DNA of 64,000 nt, from the IMG/VR virus record IMGVR_UViG_3300030329_003387; one strand, given 5' to 3'. Numbering within the stretch: the stretch's first letter is position 1; each line of letters begins with the position of its first letter. This DNA comes from a virus. The translations under genes were made by a program, and so were the position numbers. Shown here piece after piece: positions 1 through 14,100 of this stretch. Below the pieces are notes generated by a model. That model was not told where the DNA came from and made no database searches. It saw nothing but the letters and a program-made list of their open reading frames with translations.

Positions 1-2100
1 GAATGCTAGGTTCATTCCTACTTCTGCAACACCAGTAGGAGCTTCTGGTATTATCAAAAGGGGCATAGTTTTTTGTATGTATGGGTAAATATTTACGCCA
101 CCCTTAGTTTCTAAGTTCAAGTTATTATTTGCATAATAAACCTTACCGCCGATAAACAGCGTTTTTGTCATTTTTTCAATAGCGCCGAGAAGACTTAAGT
201 TCATGCTGTCATTAATTGTTACGCCAGCATTAGCACTAAGATAGCCATGACCTGTATCACCCATACTGGTTTTGGCATCTTGATTTATGACTAGCGGCAT
301 ACTCTGTGTAGCTTTGTCAGTAAATACCGTTAATCTAAGATCGCCTGAAGCTTTCGCTTTCAAGCCGCCATCGACAAACAATGGAAGGTCAACGCCATTT
401 CCGGGAGATAAGGGATTTCCGGCAACGGTTAGTTGTCCATCAATATTGTTGTACTTGTTATATCTGTCAAACCCTGTGTATCTTATCTTTGTTGAGTAAA
501 CTTTAAATTCAGCATCATATGGATGGTCGTACTCTGGGTAGAATACTGTAAGGTTAAGTTTATGTTCTCTAAAGTCTTCTCTAAAAGAATTTCCATTTTG
601 ATAGAAGTTGCTGACCCCATCTAATGGAGCTTCAAAGGTAATCTTTTGCTTTTCCCCAGAAGGAACCATAATCCCACTAGGAAACCAATTCAAACTTTTA
701 TATTTATTTATTAAAAGTTCATGTTCTTTATGCAATAACGCGGCTGAAAACTTAGCTCCACTTGGGTGATTTGTACTGTTCTCTACCCATACATCTACAG
801 CAACGGTATCAAGTTGGTGGAAGGTAGGAGGTGTTTCTTCTATCCTAACACTTAGAACAGATGACACAGCGTAGTTTGAATTGCCCCAAAGATTTGTGTC
901 ATAAGCTCCACCTAAAGCTTTTTCGCTATTACCTGAAGCTACAGTAAATTCAATATAGTCTTTGTCTTGAGCGTCAAAAGCCCCACTAAATAAACCAGCC
1001 TTAAAAGCAGCTCCGGTTGGCGCAGAATAACTTTTTATAATATCTGTAACGCCAAACGTATGATTATAAAACTTACTAACCTCTTCGTCGCTAAAAGTCT
1101 TGTTACTAATACCTACTTCGTCTACCCATCCGGTATAACCACGTTCAGATATGGCAAACCCTCGTTTACCTAAAATTATGTCAGTATTATCAGCTCCAGT
1201 TACGTCCCTGCTAAAAGTATTGGACTCACCTTCAATTTTACCGTTTACATAAATCTTTAATCTTGACTCGCCAGAAGCAAAAACTCCAACAACATGTGCT
1301 GGATATTTGTATTCTTGATAGTTCTTTGCTGACTTTGCTACAAAAGCTGTGTTAAGACCAGAAACGTTTCCATCAGAACGTATGTAGAACTTGCCGTCAA
1401 AGTCACAGCCTAGAACAAATTTAGCTGGATTTTCTTTGTGCTGAGCGAGAATAACGGTATCACTTATATCGCCACTGGGTAATATTTTAGAGTAAACCGT
1501 AAAGCCCTTTGCGTCACTTAGACTGACGCCGCTACCTAAATTAACATTGGCTCTTTCAGAAAGGAATAGACATCTTTCTTGTATAGCTTCTCGACCTACT
1601 ATACCTACGAGATCTCCGGCCTTTTGCCATACAGCAAAACCGTCTCCAGCAGAGTCTCCATCGGCAGTACCGGAAGAACCACCACCAACACCTGCGGTAC
1701 ATGGGCCGGAAACAACACCACCCATATAACCAGCTCCGTCAGGTGGATCTGTACATCCACAAGTAGCGTCGTATGAATCAGGTTGATCTCCACATAGGTT
1801 TGAATATAAAAACCATTCAGCCCCATCCCACATCCAAGCGCAACCCTCTGGGTCACAACCCAGTCCACTGGCATTAGTGGATGTGCCTTTTTTAGACTTT
1901 ACAACAGGAGAGCCAGAATACAGACCGCTACCCTCAAGAGGCATGTAAAGTTTATTAAACTTCCTTACAATCTCTTTATTGTAACTCCCTCGCCAGTATC
2001 CGAATTCTCTGTTTACACCACTAGGAAATATTTCTCTTTCCTCTACGTGGGCAACACTTCCGAATATGACTAGGCCCATATTTCCTGAAGAAGCGGTCAT
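1..2100 (-). CDS. Tail-associated protein with LamG/concanavalin-A-like domain (runs off window start; absent from ORF track)
   Basis: ATG at 2100 after AAGGA RBS. About the first 370 codons were translated by hand (MTASSGNMGLVIFGS...) and contain LamG-type motifs HVVGVFASGESRLKIYVNG...IILGKRG...GYTGWVDEVGISNKTFSDEEV. Openness to the window edge is inferred. Lies directly downstream of the tape-measure gene. Confidence 0.75.
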   Translation of the reverse strand, partial: MTASSGNMGLVIFGSVAHVEEREIFPSGVNREFGYWRGSYNKEIVRKFNKLYMPLEGSGLYSGSPVVKSKKGTSTNASGLGCDPEGCAWMWDGAEWFLYSNLCGDQPDSYDATCGCTDPPDGAGYMGGVVSGPCTAGVGGGSSGTADGDSAGDGFAVWQKAGDLVGIVGREAIQERCLFLSERANVNLGSGVSLSDAKGFTVYSKILPSGDISDTVILAQHKENPAKFVLGCDFDGKFYIRSDGNVSGLNTAFVAKSAKNYQEYKYPAHVVGVFASGESRLKIYVNGKIEGESNTFSRDVTGADNTDIILGKRGFAISERGYTGWVDEVGISNKTFSDEEVSKFYNHTFGVTDIIKSYSAPTGAAFKAGLFSGAFDAQDKDYIEFTVASGNSEKALGGAYDTNLWGNSNYAVSSVLSVRIEETPPTFHQLDTVAVDVWVENSTNHPSGAKFSAALLHKEHELLINKYKSLNWFPSGIMVPSGEKQKITFEAPLDGVSNFYQNGNSFREDFREHKLNLTVFYPEYDHPYDAEFKVYSTKIRYTGFDRYNKYNNIDGQLTVAGNPLSPGNGVDLPLFVDGGLKAKASGDLRLTVFTDKATQSMPLVINQDAKTSMGDTGHGYLSANAGVTINDSMNLSLLGAIEKMTKTLFIGGKVYYANNNLNLETKGGVNIYPYIQKTMPLLIIPEAPTGVAEVGMNLAF

Positions 2101-2111
2101 TAATTATTCCT

Positions 2112-5100
2112 TTAGGCAGTCCCTTCTATATCCATTCTTGGCATATCTGGGAACTGTCTTTCTATGAAGCTATTAATTCCCCTACTAACTTCTCGTCTAA
2201 TTTTTCTTTGCATTCCTCTGCTCATTTCTCCGTCATCAGTAGGCTCACCATTATGGTTCACACTTACTATAACGTTCATGTCTTCAATTTTGTGCGACAT
2301 TTGTATTCCGCCCTTGAATAATTCTTCAAGTCTCTTGACAGAGCTGTCAAATGAACCTACAGCGTCAGTAAAGGCGGACGAATCTAATCTGTACATATTA
2401 GTTCCGCCTGTAACTTCACCCTCACCGCCACCAGCCAAGTAGTTGGTTCCTCTAGATTTTTTACTTCTATTGTTAGTATGTCCAGCGCCCATGCTATTAA
2501 TAGACTTGAGAGTTTCTATACCTACAGCATCTACAGCAGCTTTTCTTACAACAAACTCTCCCGGTGTTAACATTGCAGGAACTGTGTCTGTTCCCATAGC
2601 TGGACCACCAGTATTAAACAACGAAACAAAACCGCCTTTAGCATATCCTCTATTTTTAGCTTCTTTTTTGTAAAATTCAGCAAGTTCATCCTTTAGTTGG
2701 TTTCTAGATTTTCCACTTGGATTTTTACTGGCGGTGCGACTCTGACTCATTAAATGGTCGTAATGTCTAGTCAGAACTTCATTACCTTCTAAAACCTCAT
2801 CAAGAAATTTTTGAGGTACACCTCTGTTTGAGAGGGTCTTTTTCACTCTCGATTGTTTCATAGCTATTTCTTTTTTAGCAGCTTCAAGAGCTTCTCGGCT
2901 ACCATACACGTTATCCCAATCATGTATTGCTTTCGGTCCTGAGTCAGGTATCGCGTCTTGTTTCTTTAATTCATCTAGAGCTGCTCCTCCGCGAAGTTGC
3001 TCACCTTCCATTGCTAGCCTTTTGTTCATCGCTGCCTGTCTTCCGGGAGAGATAGGACGACCTGCATACTGTTCTTGTACCTGTTTAAGTGTAGGTCTTG
3101 GTTCTTTCGGTCCTCTTGTCAGTTTCTGGGTTTTTCCAACAACAGCATTTGCCGGAGTGTAAGGTTTTTTACCCGGCTGCATAACAGCGTCTTTTGCTTC
3201 TACTCCTGTATCCATTCTTTCCATAGTTTGAGCAACTTTGATGTCTTCCAGCATTTTATTTGGAAGAACTTCTTTTCCTACGGGAGAGACTTTCTCTTGC
3301 GTCTTACCTCGCGGACGATTCAACATATCTTGCTTTGTTACTGTCGGATTGAGATCTTCCATTGCTTGAGCTTCATTTCTTCTTCTTGCAAGGGCGCCTT
3401 CAGGATTTTCAGCTCCTCTTGTTTGAATTTGATCTCTAAAGTCTTTCTGGCCAGCTTTAAATTTGTTTAGATAATCTTCAGCTATAGCATTTTCTTCTGC
3501 TGCGTTCTTTGCAGCTGCTTCTGCTGCTTCTTCTGCTGCTTCTTTAGCTTCTTTTTGGTCCTTGTCAAAGTCTTTCCTCTTTTGCTCTAACTCCTTTGTC
3601 TTATCGCTTTTGCGCAAGAATTTATCTTGCGTTTTGCTTAATGCAATTTCTGCATCAAGTTTAGCTCGCTGTTCTGCTGGAGTCAGTTCACCTACTGATT
3701 GCTTTGCAGCATCATCTGCCTGTTTTGTAACTTGTGCCTGTCTTCTAGTTACAACCTGTATCGTGTCGTCTACTTGGTCAATTGCGGCAAGACTAAAAGT
3801 CTCTCCAGCTCCATATTTTCCAGCGGCTGCGGCTGCTGGTTTTGGAGTGGTTGCGGCTGCTGGTTTTGGAGTGGTTGCGGCTGCTGGTTTTGGCTTAACA
3901 GCTGTAACGGGTTTTTTAGGGACGGTATCGGCAGGAACTTTCCAGCGACCAACGGTGACAGCTTCTTTGGCCTGATTCATTATATCGTCCGCTATTCCAA
4001 GCGCTTTTTGAGCAACTTCCTCAACTGTGTCCATTAAACTACCAACATTAAGAGAGCCGGGATGATTGAACATCTCTTCTTTTGCTTTTTGTAGCCAATC
4101 AATAGTGACTTCAGGATCACCTCCCGGTCTTTTTACCTTCTTAGCTTCAAGTTCTGCTAGTTTATTTTTACCTTGCTGTATTCGCACTTCGTCTGCGGCA
4201 CTAAACGCATTAGGCTTTGCTCCCTTCGGTACTTGACCCGGAGGAAGATTCTTTATCATCGCTTGTTTTTGTGCGGTGGTAAGAGTCGCGTCATTTATAA
4301 TATCATCATAAGTTCTTGCAGCAAAACCTAGACCCGGCTTAGTTTCAAATGTTGTTTTTCCTTTACCGGGGATTATATCTGTATAGAAACTCGATTGTGG
4401 ATCAAACGCGCCGAAATCACTTTTGTATGTTTTACCAGTTTCTGGATCGATGTATGTCTTTCTTGCTGGCCCTTGCCCACGAGCTTCAACATAATTTCGC
4501 ATGTCGGCAGTAATTGCCTCTGGCCTCTTCGGTATTTCAGGCGCGTCGGGTGTAAATTTACCACGATTGAGAGGATCAAACGTTCCGGGTTCCATACCTT
4601 GAAGTAGATCATCAACTGCTGCGTCTGGTTTTACAGGACCTTTAGGTGCAGGTTTTGGTTTAGTCAATTCTCCTAAACCCGGCTTTTTACCAGTCAATAT
4701 GTCCATCGAAGATTGACCTAGAAGTTTATTTACTTCTGCGCTGTGCCTAGCTTGCGTTGCTCTTTTCTGAGCCTGTTCTGCAATATCATTCGCAAACGAC
4801 TTAGCTTTTTTAACAGTAGTACTGACGACATTTTTTGTTACTTTTGCGCCGACTTTACCTACTTTGCTTCCTGCCATTCCCGGAACAGCAACTTCGGCAA
4901 GGTCCAATATTCCCTGTCTGTCTTTGGCTTGTTGCTCAGTTAAACCGCCCTGCATAGCGCGTTCGACAAACTTATCTTCATACTCTTCACCCGTAAATGT
5001 AGAGGTAAGAGCATCACCAAACCCCTGCAAACTAGCCATGAAGCCAGCTCTGTCATCCTCGCTAACAATAGCGGGTATCGCCTGCATTCCAGTTTGGATT

Positions 5101-8100
5101 AGGTTGGGGACGGCCATCATAGCGCCCTCTACAACATTAACACTCTTGCTTTGCTCAATACCTTCTCGTGTTATGTCTTTGACGCTGGCGCCTTCCTTAG
5201 CAAGATGTGTTGACCGAGCAACGAACGCATTGATAGAGTCTTCTGAATGACCAGCCTTACGCATTCTTTCAGCTTCATCAAGAACGGCATTTAATGCATG
5301 AGCTTCAATTTTTTCATCAATGAATTCTCCCATCATTCCCATGCCGCTCTTAAGAGCATCGCCAGTAAGGTCCCACGCCCCTAAAAGTATGTTGCCACCG
5401 ATGTTGCCAGTTCTGTCAATATTTTCCTTCATATAGTCGCGTTTTTGAGTCTCGGTATCTACCTTACCCCTTGCGGCCACGGCTGTACCCATCGTTCCCA
5501 TCTGAGGATTAACTTTTACAACTTTTTCAAAATATTCTCTCCAAGGCTTTGCTGCTTGTAATATTTTTCTTTGACGATCAAACTCTGCTTTGTCATTACC
5601 CATTCCTGTTGGTAAATTCATAAGATTTGAATCTATTTCAGATGATTTCATCTGTCTCCACCAACTACCAGCTTGCGTTTCTATAATGTCAAGAACGCTC
5701 TTGTCTTGTAAGTTTACCGGCGGGGATTCATATGGGCTAATTATCCCATCTTTATCTATATCGCGAGGATCAAATGTACCCCCAAAATGCTCATTAAGGG
5801 TTGCATAAGTAACAGGCTTTTCTGGAATTTCATAGGCTTTTGCTGCCGCAAGAAGTTTTTCATAGCTTGCATTAATAGCCTCTGCAAACTTTTGATCTTC
5901 TGTGCTAGAAGGGAACATTCCCATTTTTCCAAAATCTTCAACCTGCTTGCGTACTAAAGGATTATCAGGATCTACTGCGATACCTTCAGTGGTTGCACTT
6001 TTTCCAACTTGACTTTCTTTATAACTTGTTCGTAACTTATAGTAAGCTTTACCTAATTTTTGTTGTTCAATAGCTGTGTATTTTGCGTTTTCTTTGTCTA
6101 CTCTAGCTCTTTCTTTTACATCTAAAGCATAAAGATCTTCCATAACATCCGTAGGAAGGACTGGGAAGGTTTCAATTTGTGTATTTCCCGGACCTTCTTT
6201 AGTAGATCTAAAGGTAAATGCATTTTCTATTTTTGAAGCTTTGCCGCGATAAACACCTTGGTTATAAGATTCTCTATGAGCAATAAAACTATCAAGAAGA
6301 ATGTTCAAATCCTCTTCATTTTTTTCTGCTATATTTTTTTCTAGATCTGCTATTCTCTGACCAAAACTTCCTCTCAATCTGCTTTTAAATGGCGCTTTGT
6401 CTTGTATCATTTGATACCCAGCAGGACTTCTTTTAAATCCTTGTCCGGGTTGATAACTTGCGTATTGAGTAGCTAAAGCTCCGTCATCTCTTGCCGCTTG
6501 TAAAAATGCTCCATGATTAAATTGTGCTAAATAAGGTATGGCGTTGAGATTCGCAAAAACTTGCTTTTGATCTTTTTCTGATAATTGATGACTTACGTTA
6601 CCTTGACTATCTACAAGAGGTGCGTCTTTGAACCTATCTTTATCCTTTCCAATCTCAAGATCGCCACTAGCTTCTAGACTATCTAAAAGCTTATAGAGTG
6701 ATCCGGCTTCTGTCATTGGTTGTATAAATCTAGCAGCCTTTTTTAAATCTTGTTCTGCAAAAAACTCAAGCATCCTTTTGTCTCTTGCGTAAGATTTTAG
6801 GTCGCCGGGAGCTTCACCTCTACCGTAAGTTTGTATCCATTGTTTAGAATGGTCTTTATCAGGAGGATTAAGTCTAGACGGAGGCCAGTTTTTAATTGTT
6901 CGGTTATTTTCGTCTGGGTGACTTTCAGCATGTTCTTCAGCTTCAGCTAAGTATGCGCCAACAAGCCTCTTTGGATCTACTAAACCACCTTCAGCTAAGT
7001 ATTGAGTCTTGCCGCTATTGAGAGCTTGTAATGCTCCCATGTTTTTCTGAGCAGCTTTTCTATTAACAACAAACTCGCCGGGTGTTAGCATGGCCGGTAC
7101 TGTATCTGTACCCTTTGGAGCAAATATAGTTCCACCATCAGCTTTAGTTACTGGCTTTACTTGGAACGGACGAGCGTTTTCTTTAAACTCTGCACTCCAA
7201 CCTTTCCAAGCCATTGAGAAGCTCTCTTTTACTTGCTTCTGCATAAGACCTAAATGTCTTGCCACTGTTCCACCACCAAAGAACAGATCCATCATTTTTC
7301 GTTGACCTTCTTCAACTTTTCCATAACCCCATTCGTTAGCCGGTAAATTCGCCCAACCGTTAAGTCTGCCTATCAAACCACGCTGGCCGATGAAAGTCAT
7401 AGCTTTTTTAGGGTCTCCGGTGGTGTTACCGCCACCTAACAAACCTTGCATTGCGGCTATGCCTTGGTTTTTAGGGTTAGCTCCGGGTCCAACGGCTCCA
7501 GTTACGCCTTTTACACTAACGTCTCGTATTTTGCCTTTGGATTGGTGTACTGCATCCCAACCTAGACCTAACTGCTCAGAGATTCTCTCTTGATTAATTT
7601 TAAGACCACTAGCGTCCATTCCGTTAAGAAATCCGCCTCTAATCATGACTTGTAAATCATGACCAAGACCTTTAAAGAATGGAAATACCATATGTGCGGT
7701 ATTTTCATCAAATTCATAATTTTGCAGCCATCGTCTGTTAATACCTGCATATTTAGGCATTGCTGACTTAATTCTATTCTTCATCATAAAGTTGGTAACT
7801 TTATTCATATGGGAAGCAAGCCTGCTTCCGGTAAGAATAGGACTTTTCATAAACTTAAAGTTTTCATTTACGTCGTCTTTAAGTTCTTTGTTTGCTAGCG
7901 CGTCTTTTTCTTGCTGATCTTTTACAGCCTCCTGAGCATCTTCAACGTCTCCTGCGCCCATGCCCTGTATAGCTACCCCACCAAAAAGTGCGGTTTGAAG
8001 TGCGTCAAGAGCTGTACCATATCCTGCGGAAGTATTGTTTGCCTTTATAAATTTATGGTAATTGACAAAAATTTCACGCACGCGATCAATTTGTTTACTT

Positions 8101-11100
8101 CTTTCAGTTGCACCCGCTTGAATAGCCGCAACATCAGGGATTGACCCCCAACTGCTTGGGTTTGCCGGATTAAACTCAAAGCCCCTAAAAGAATTCGCTC
8201 CGAAACCTGTATCTATCAAATGTTTTTTAACACCACCTGCTATTTGTTTTAATCTACTTGTATATCCAGTTCCTGTGGTTTGTTCCCATATGTTTGTTCC
8301 TCCGCTCACAAAACCCCTGTACCAAGAATCTGGATGCATTTCTTTAACAACGTCGTCTATGACGTTTAAATTATTCCCAGACTTTAATGCTTCTTGAATT
8401 GCACCGACTTTTTTAGAAAGGTATGATCTAGCGGAAGTACCATAAAGTTCTGCAACGGCTTCTTGTTGGAGTTTATGGGCATCTTTAAAAGCTTGTAAGG
8501 GGCCTTTAACTTTTTCGCTGAAGGCAAGAGCTGTGTTAAGACTTCCAGCTACATCAAGATTTTTCCATGTACCAGAGGGGTAAGCAGCACTTAATAGAGT
8601 GCTTTTGTTCTTTTCGCTACTAAACCAGTCCTGTATTCGACTACGACTATAAACTTGACCAGTGTACGCAGGGAACAGCTCTATATATTGACCGCCTTGA
8701 CCTCTAACGCCGGAGTTTTGCCCCACAAAACGTTCATGTTTAACAGCCTGCATCCATGCAGGACGAATCTCATAAGTATTGTCTACGTTTTTTATAAACC
8801 TCCTCATTCGGTCAACTTTTACGTGTTCAGGACCGAAGTATTTTTCGTCTATCTCCTGCTTAAGTCTTACATAATCCCCACCTGCGGAATTTAGTCTACC
8901 GCGATCACTAAAATCGACTTCACTACCTTCTGCTAAGAAATTTTGAGGGGTTGCAACTCCCATACCGTTAGCTTGTATTATCTTTCTGTATGTTTCTCCA
9001 TATTTTCTTGCATCAAAACCAGCAATTTGCTTGGTAAATGCATTCGCAGTTGGTCTCTGGAGATTTTGAGCCAAGTCAGGGATTGCTCGAAGGAATATAG
9101 GATTAGGCGCCCATCTTTCCAATCCAGCGCCAGTTAATCTGTAAGCCTGTTTGCCTATCTGATAAGAAGTGCCGCTATTCCAAGCGGAATTAAAACCCGG
9201 AGGAAAAGCAGTAAAATCTACGTCTTCTGAAAGGTACGAACCTTCGTATGATTTTTTGTCTTGGATGCCTGTGGTTATTTGGTTTCCGAGCTGATCTTTA
9301 GTACCCATAATAGCATTCCGAACAGACTCCTTTAACGCTCCAAAAGCGCCTTGCATAAATGGAGTATGATACTTGAGTAACTGATCTTGTTTAATTGCAG
9401 CGGCAGGACCAACCCCATTAAACATTACGACTCCACCACCAGCCAAGTAGTTAGTTTTACCACTATTAATAGATTGGAGTGCGGCCATGTTTCTTTTTGC
9501 AGCTTTTTTATTAACTACAAATTCGCCGGGAGTTAACATGGCTGGAACAGTGTCTGTTCCTTTAGGCGCAAATACACTACCACCAGTAGCAAATACAGGT
9601 ACGTTGCCACCTGCGCCTCCAGCAGGTCCAGCGCCTCCAGCAGCAGCAGCACCAATTGCCGCCATATTAGCTGCTATAGAATTATTGGTCTTATTTATCG
9701 TTACTCCTAATCTAACTATATCGTCGCTTAGACTTTGCCAAGTTTCACCTTGAGGTATGTTAGCTAGTGACTGACTAAGAGCATCAAAGTTATTTACTAG
9801 CGTATCTGCAAATTGACCTATACCAGCAGAGTTAAGAGTACTCATGGCTTGATTAATAACGTCACCCTGAATATTCATCTGTTCCTGAGCAAACTGCGTG
9901 AGGGTTCTTTGTAAGAATGCTTGTACCTCACTAGCTGTCATAGGAGCTTGACCTTGTCCCTGACGACTCGCTATCTCACCCGACAAAGCACTACGAAGTG
10001 AAGCGGCAATCTTATTTCCAACATCTACTCCAAAATTTCGTCTGAGATCTTTAGCTATATTGTTTATAGCGTTCTGATTTGCCGCTCCAGCTCCTCTACC
10101 CTCTACTGTGTCTGCGAACTGGTTGGGAGCAATTTGGTATTGTGCAGCCGCTGCAAATCTTTGACGAGTCTGTCTCGCTTCCCTTAACCCTCTAATGCTT
10201 TCTATATTGACTCTAATCGCATTAAGAACTCTAGGATCTTCTACAGGAAGTCCCATGCTTCTAATTTTTTGCAGCTCTTTAAATCCATTTTCAGCTGCTA
10301 CTCTATTACCTTTAGCTTCAGACAGTTCTCTTTCTAAAGTTCTCTGTTCTTGTCTTAAAAAGATATTCTTTAGTTCGGTTGTGAGTTGCTTATGCAAACC
10401 AGCTATTGTTTTAGCAAGATCTTTTCTATCTTCTTTCATACCGACAAGTAAAGCCATCTGAGCTTGTTCAGCTTGCTTTTGTATCTTTATCTGCTCTTGA
10501 ATTAAACGCTCTTGTTCTGAAGTAGCCCCCCTAATTGCCTTTTTCATTTCGTCGGGAAGAGGGCCAAACACACGTTCCAATTCAGCAATGGTAAGTTCTG
10601 CCTTAGCTTGCTTTCCGGTCATTCCATTGAACATGGCAATTTCAGAGAACTGATCGAGAATGCTAAGAACTTGTGGTCGCATTTGATCCGGTATACGACC
10701 TAAACCGCCCTGCATAGCCATAGCGGTTGCTCGCATGGCTTTCATTATATCTACACGAGCTTCATTAGTGGCAAAAGCAAATTTTTCACCGGCACTAACT
10801 AATTGAGATCTTTTTAATTCTTCTTCGGCCAATCTCTCTGAGATAACAGCTAGTCTTTGTTGAACATTTGAATAGTTCTCAAGAACCATTTTTGTTTTTG
10901 CAAACTGTTCTTTTAATCTAGCATTTTCATCTAATAGCTTTTTCTGACTCTCAGTTAGCTGACCAGTAACTGCTGCTGGATCAAGACCAAAACTTTCTAA
11001 CTCAGCATTGCTCTTTCTAATTTTTTCTTTTAGTCTTATAAACTCTGTACTGACAACACCAATATTAGTACCAAATCCGGCAACAGCAGTTCCCGCTAAC

Positions 11101-14100
11101 AAGAAGTTTTGTTGGGTAGCAAATGACTGTCCAGCAGCCTGTTCGTTAGCAGGTTGTTTTCTTAGTTTTCTAATTCTTTCAGCATTTTCATACTGTAGCT
11201 GAAGTATGTTTTGTTGTTGTTGAACAATCTTTAATTCAAGCTTTGTCCTAAGATCATAAGCTTTTGCAAGTCTAGCATTAGCTTTGTCAATAAACTCAGC
11301 AGCCCTTTGGAATGCTTGTTGAGTTTCAGACATACCTTTTGTAAGGTCTCTTACTACACCCTGTATGTCTTCTCTAATTCTACCGGCAAACTTACCTTCT
11401 CCGCCCTCTCCCATTTCAGCAGCTGCCTGAACGCGACGAACAATCATCTTTCTAAACTCATCGCCTATAATCCCTCCGGGATCAGCAGCCATCAATTTTG
11501 CTTCTATAATTTCAGAAGCTCTTGCTCCACCAATACCTATTTCACCGGCAGCTTCTGTTAGTATGTTAGGAAGAAGGGAATTAAGGGCGGCAAACTGCTT
11601 TAAGTCCTTACCGAGCGCCACGCCTGAACTTCCTAAAGTAGCGGATATGTTATCTACATGTCGGTTAAAGGCGGAAAAATCAAGTATGTTTGATATGTCA
11701 TCAAAGTTTGGAGCTATTTTGCCTAGTGCGGCTTGGCCAAATGTGTTATTTATAGATTGTTCGGCATTTGTTAGGGCGTTATCAAAAGCAGTCAATCTAT
11801 GTTCTATCGCAGCAAAAGCACTAACTGCATCTCTGGCTCCGTACAGAACTTTATTTAATTGTCTTATTGATTTTATTTGAGCTTCTTGAGCGGCTTTTGA
11901 TCTTTTTCTTACTTCAACCCCATCTTGTATTTCTTTTTTCATCCTCTCTAAGCTAACGCCACTTAGTTCAGAGAAACTGTTTAACGTATCAGTTCCAACA
12001 ATTTGTTCTAGTTCTGCAAAGCTATCTACGTTAGCTGCCATTCTATTTATAAAATCGGCAAATCCCGGAATTGATTTTTGAACCAGTCCATTAAACGATT
12101 CAAGTTCTTCAACTGTAGTAATTTCAGCAAACGATCTGTCAAGACGATCTATTCCGTCAGACACACTAGCAGCAATCGCTCGACCACTAGCTTTACCTTC
12201 AGTAAATAACTTTAACTTTCTTTCTACATCAGATAAAGCGTCTCCAAGCCGTAACGATCTTACTTTTGCATTAAAATTTATCAAAGCTTCAGAAGCCGCA
12301 CCCTCAGCATCTGCAAGCGCTCCTCCACTTACGCCACCTACTACGCCACCGATTATTCCCCCCGCTATAAGACCCGGAATTCCGAAAACCTTTGCGCCTA
12401 TAGCGCCGCCAGTAGCTGCGCCGCTCAATGCTCCCCATCCCGCACCTGTAGATTCAGCTTCTTGTGCTGCACCCTGCGTAACTCTAGCTCTAGCTTCTTC
12501 TGTAGCCGATTGTGTTTTATAACCTCCTGCCTCAACACTTTTCATGGCAAAATCCTGCATTTTTTTAGCAGCATTTTCCATAGCTTTATGATACGCGAAG
12601 AAAGTTCCAGCAATAGCAGTAATACCAAGTACCTGACCGCCGCTTATTCCAATCTTACCGGCCATCTCTGTAAGTTTTTCACCAAACAACATGTGTGCGG
12701 CTGTAGCCATCATTAGAGTTTGGGTGAGGGCGTTCAGTCCCTCTTTCATCATATTGATTTCGCCATCAACTTCCTCGATGTTTGCAGCAAACATTGGAAG
12801 TAGCATTTCTAAACCAAACATTAGACCTAAAGCTCTAGCAGAAGGGTCGGCTTTTCCACCTTCATTGAATTTTTGTACGCGAACTCCGCCTACAGCACCA
12901 CCTTTAGCAAAGCCTCTAGGAGTTTCCCCAAATCTGTTAGCGCGATTTAGATTTCCGTAACCAATTCTTTGAGCGGACTTTCTGTTGATTACAAATTCGC
13001 CGGGAGTCAAGAGGGCAGGAACGGTATCACTACTTCTAGGCAATCCCCCTCCAGCATTTCGTCTTTTGCGAGGACGAGAAAAAATTGAAGCTTTGCCTAT
13101 TTGTCTTTGTTGTTTTTTGTCAGCAGTTCCCGTGGGGTCATATTTTGCAGTTGTAAATTCTTTTTTGGATTTAGCTTCCCAAATATCTACTGAACCTAAA
13201 TCTATAGTATCTCTTTTGCTAGTAAGCGCACCCTCTGGACCTACATCTTTAAGCTTTTTGGTTTTATCAGTGAGGTGTTGTCTAAGAGCTTTGTTTAGTA
13301 TAGATTTAGTTCTTTCTCTTCCCCCTTTAAACTTAACTTCTCCATATTTTAAACCCTTTCCCTTGAGGTCCATAGGAGCATTTCCGGGAATTAACTTCAT
13401 TCTAGATTTTTTAGCTGCGACTGCTTCAAACATATCAGCAGAAGCTTTATTGTTTAAGGCTAGAGTTCCAAGAACTTGTTCTCGTTGAGCGCCTTTATAC
13501 ATCTTCTCAACATCAGCTCTAGAAATCTTATTCCTATTTACGATTCCTTTGACTTTATCACCGCCCTGTAATCCATCAAATACACTCTTAGCGCGCTTAA
13601 ACGGTTCATCAAAGCCCAATGTTTTAATTGAAGGCTTCTTCCTAGCCATTTGTTCGACAGTTCCGCCTGACGCGTACCTGTTCATCTTTCGTAATCTATC
13701 AGTTCCAATAGCTTTAACAGAACTTTTTCTTATTACAAATTCTCCGGGCGTTAGCATTGCCGGAACAGTATCTCTATTACCCCTTCCGGGAACCATACCA
13801 CCACTAGCAAATCTGTTAATTCTACCGCCCTGATTTCTACCTCTACCCATACCTCCAGCGAGGAAAGCAACACCTTTAGCAGCGGATAGAGCTGTCAACA
13901 TAGGAATCATAGGGCCAAGAGTTTCTGCAACGGTAGCAAGAGCTTTAGCTAATTCCAAAGCCATCTTAACCATAGCTTGCATACCGCTAGAACCCATAAA
14001 GGTACGGAACAGAGCTTGGAACTCTTCTTTGACCTTAACAACCTGAACCGCAACAGATTGTTGTGCTTTGGCGGCATCTCTAGCTAAACTAGTACCGCCA

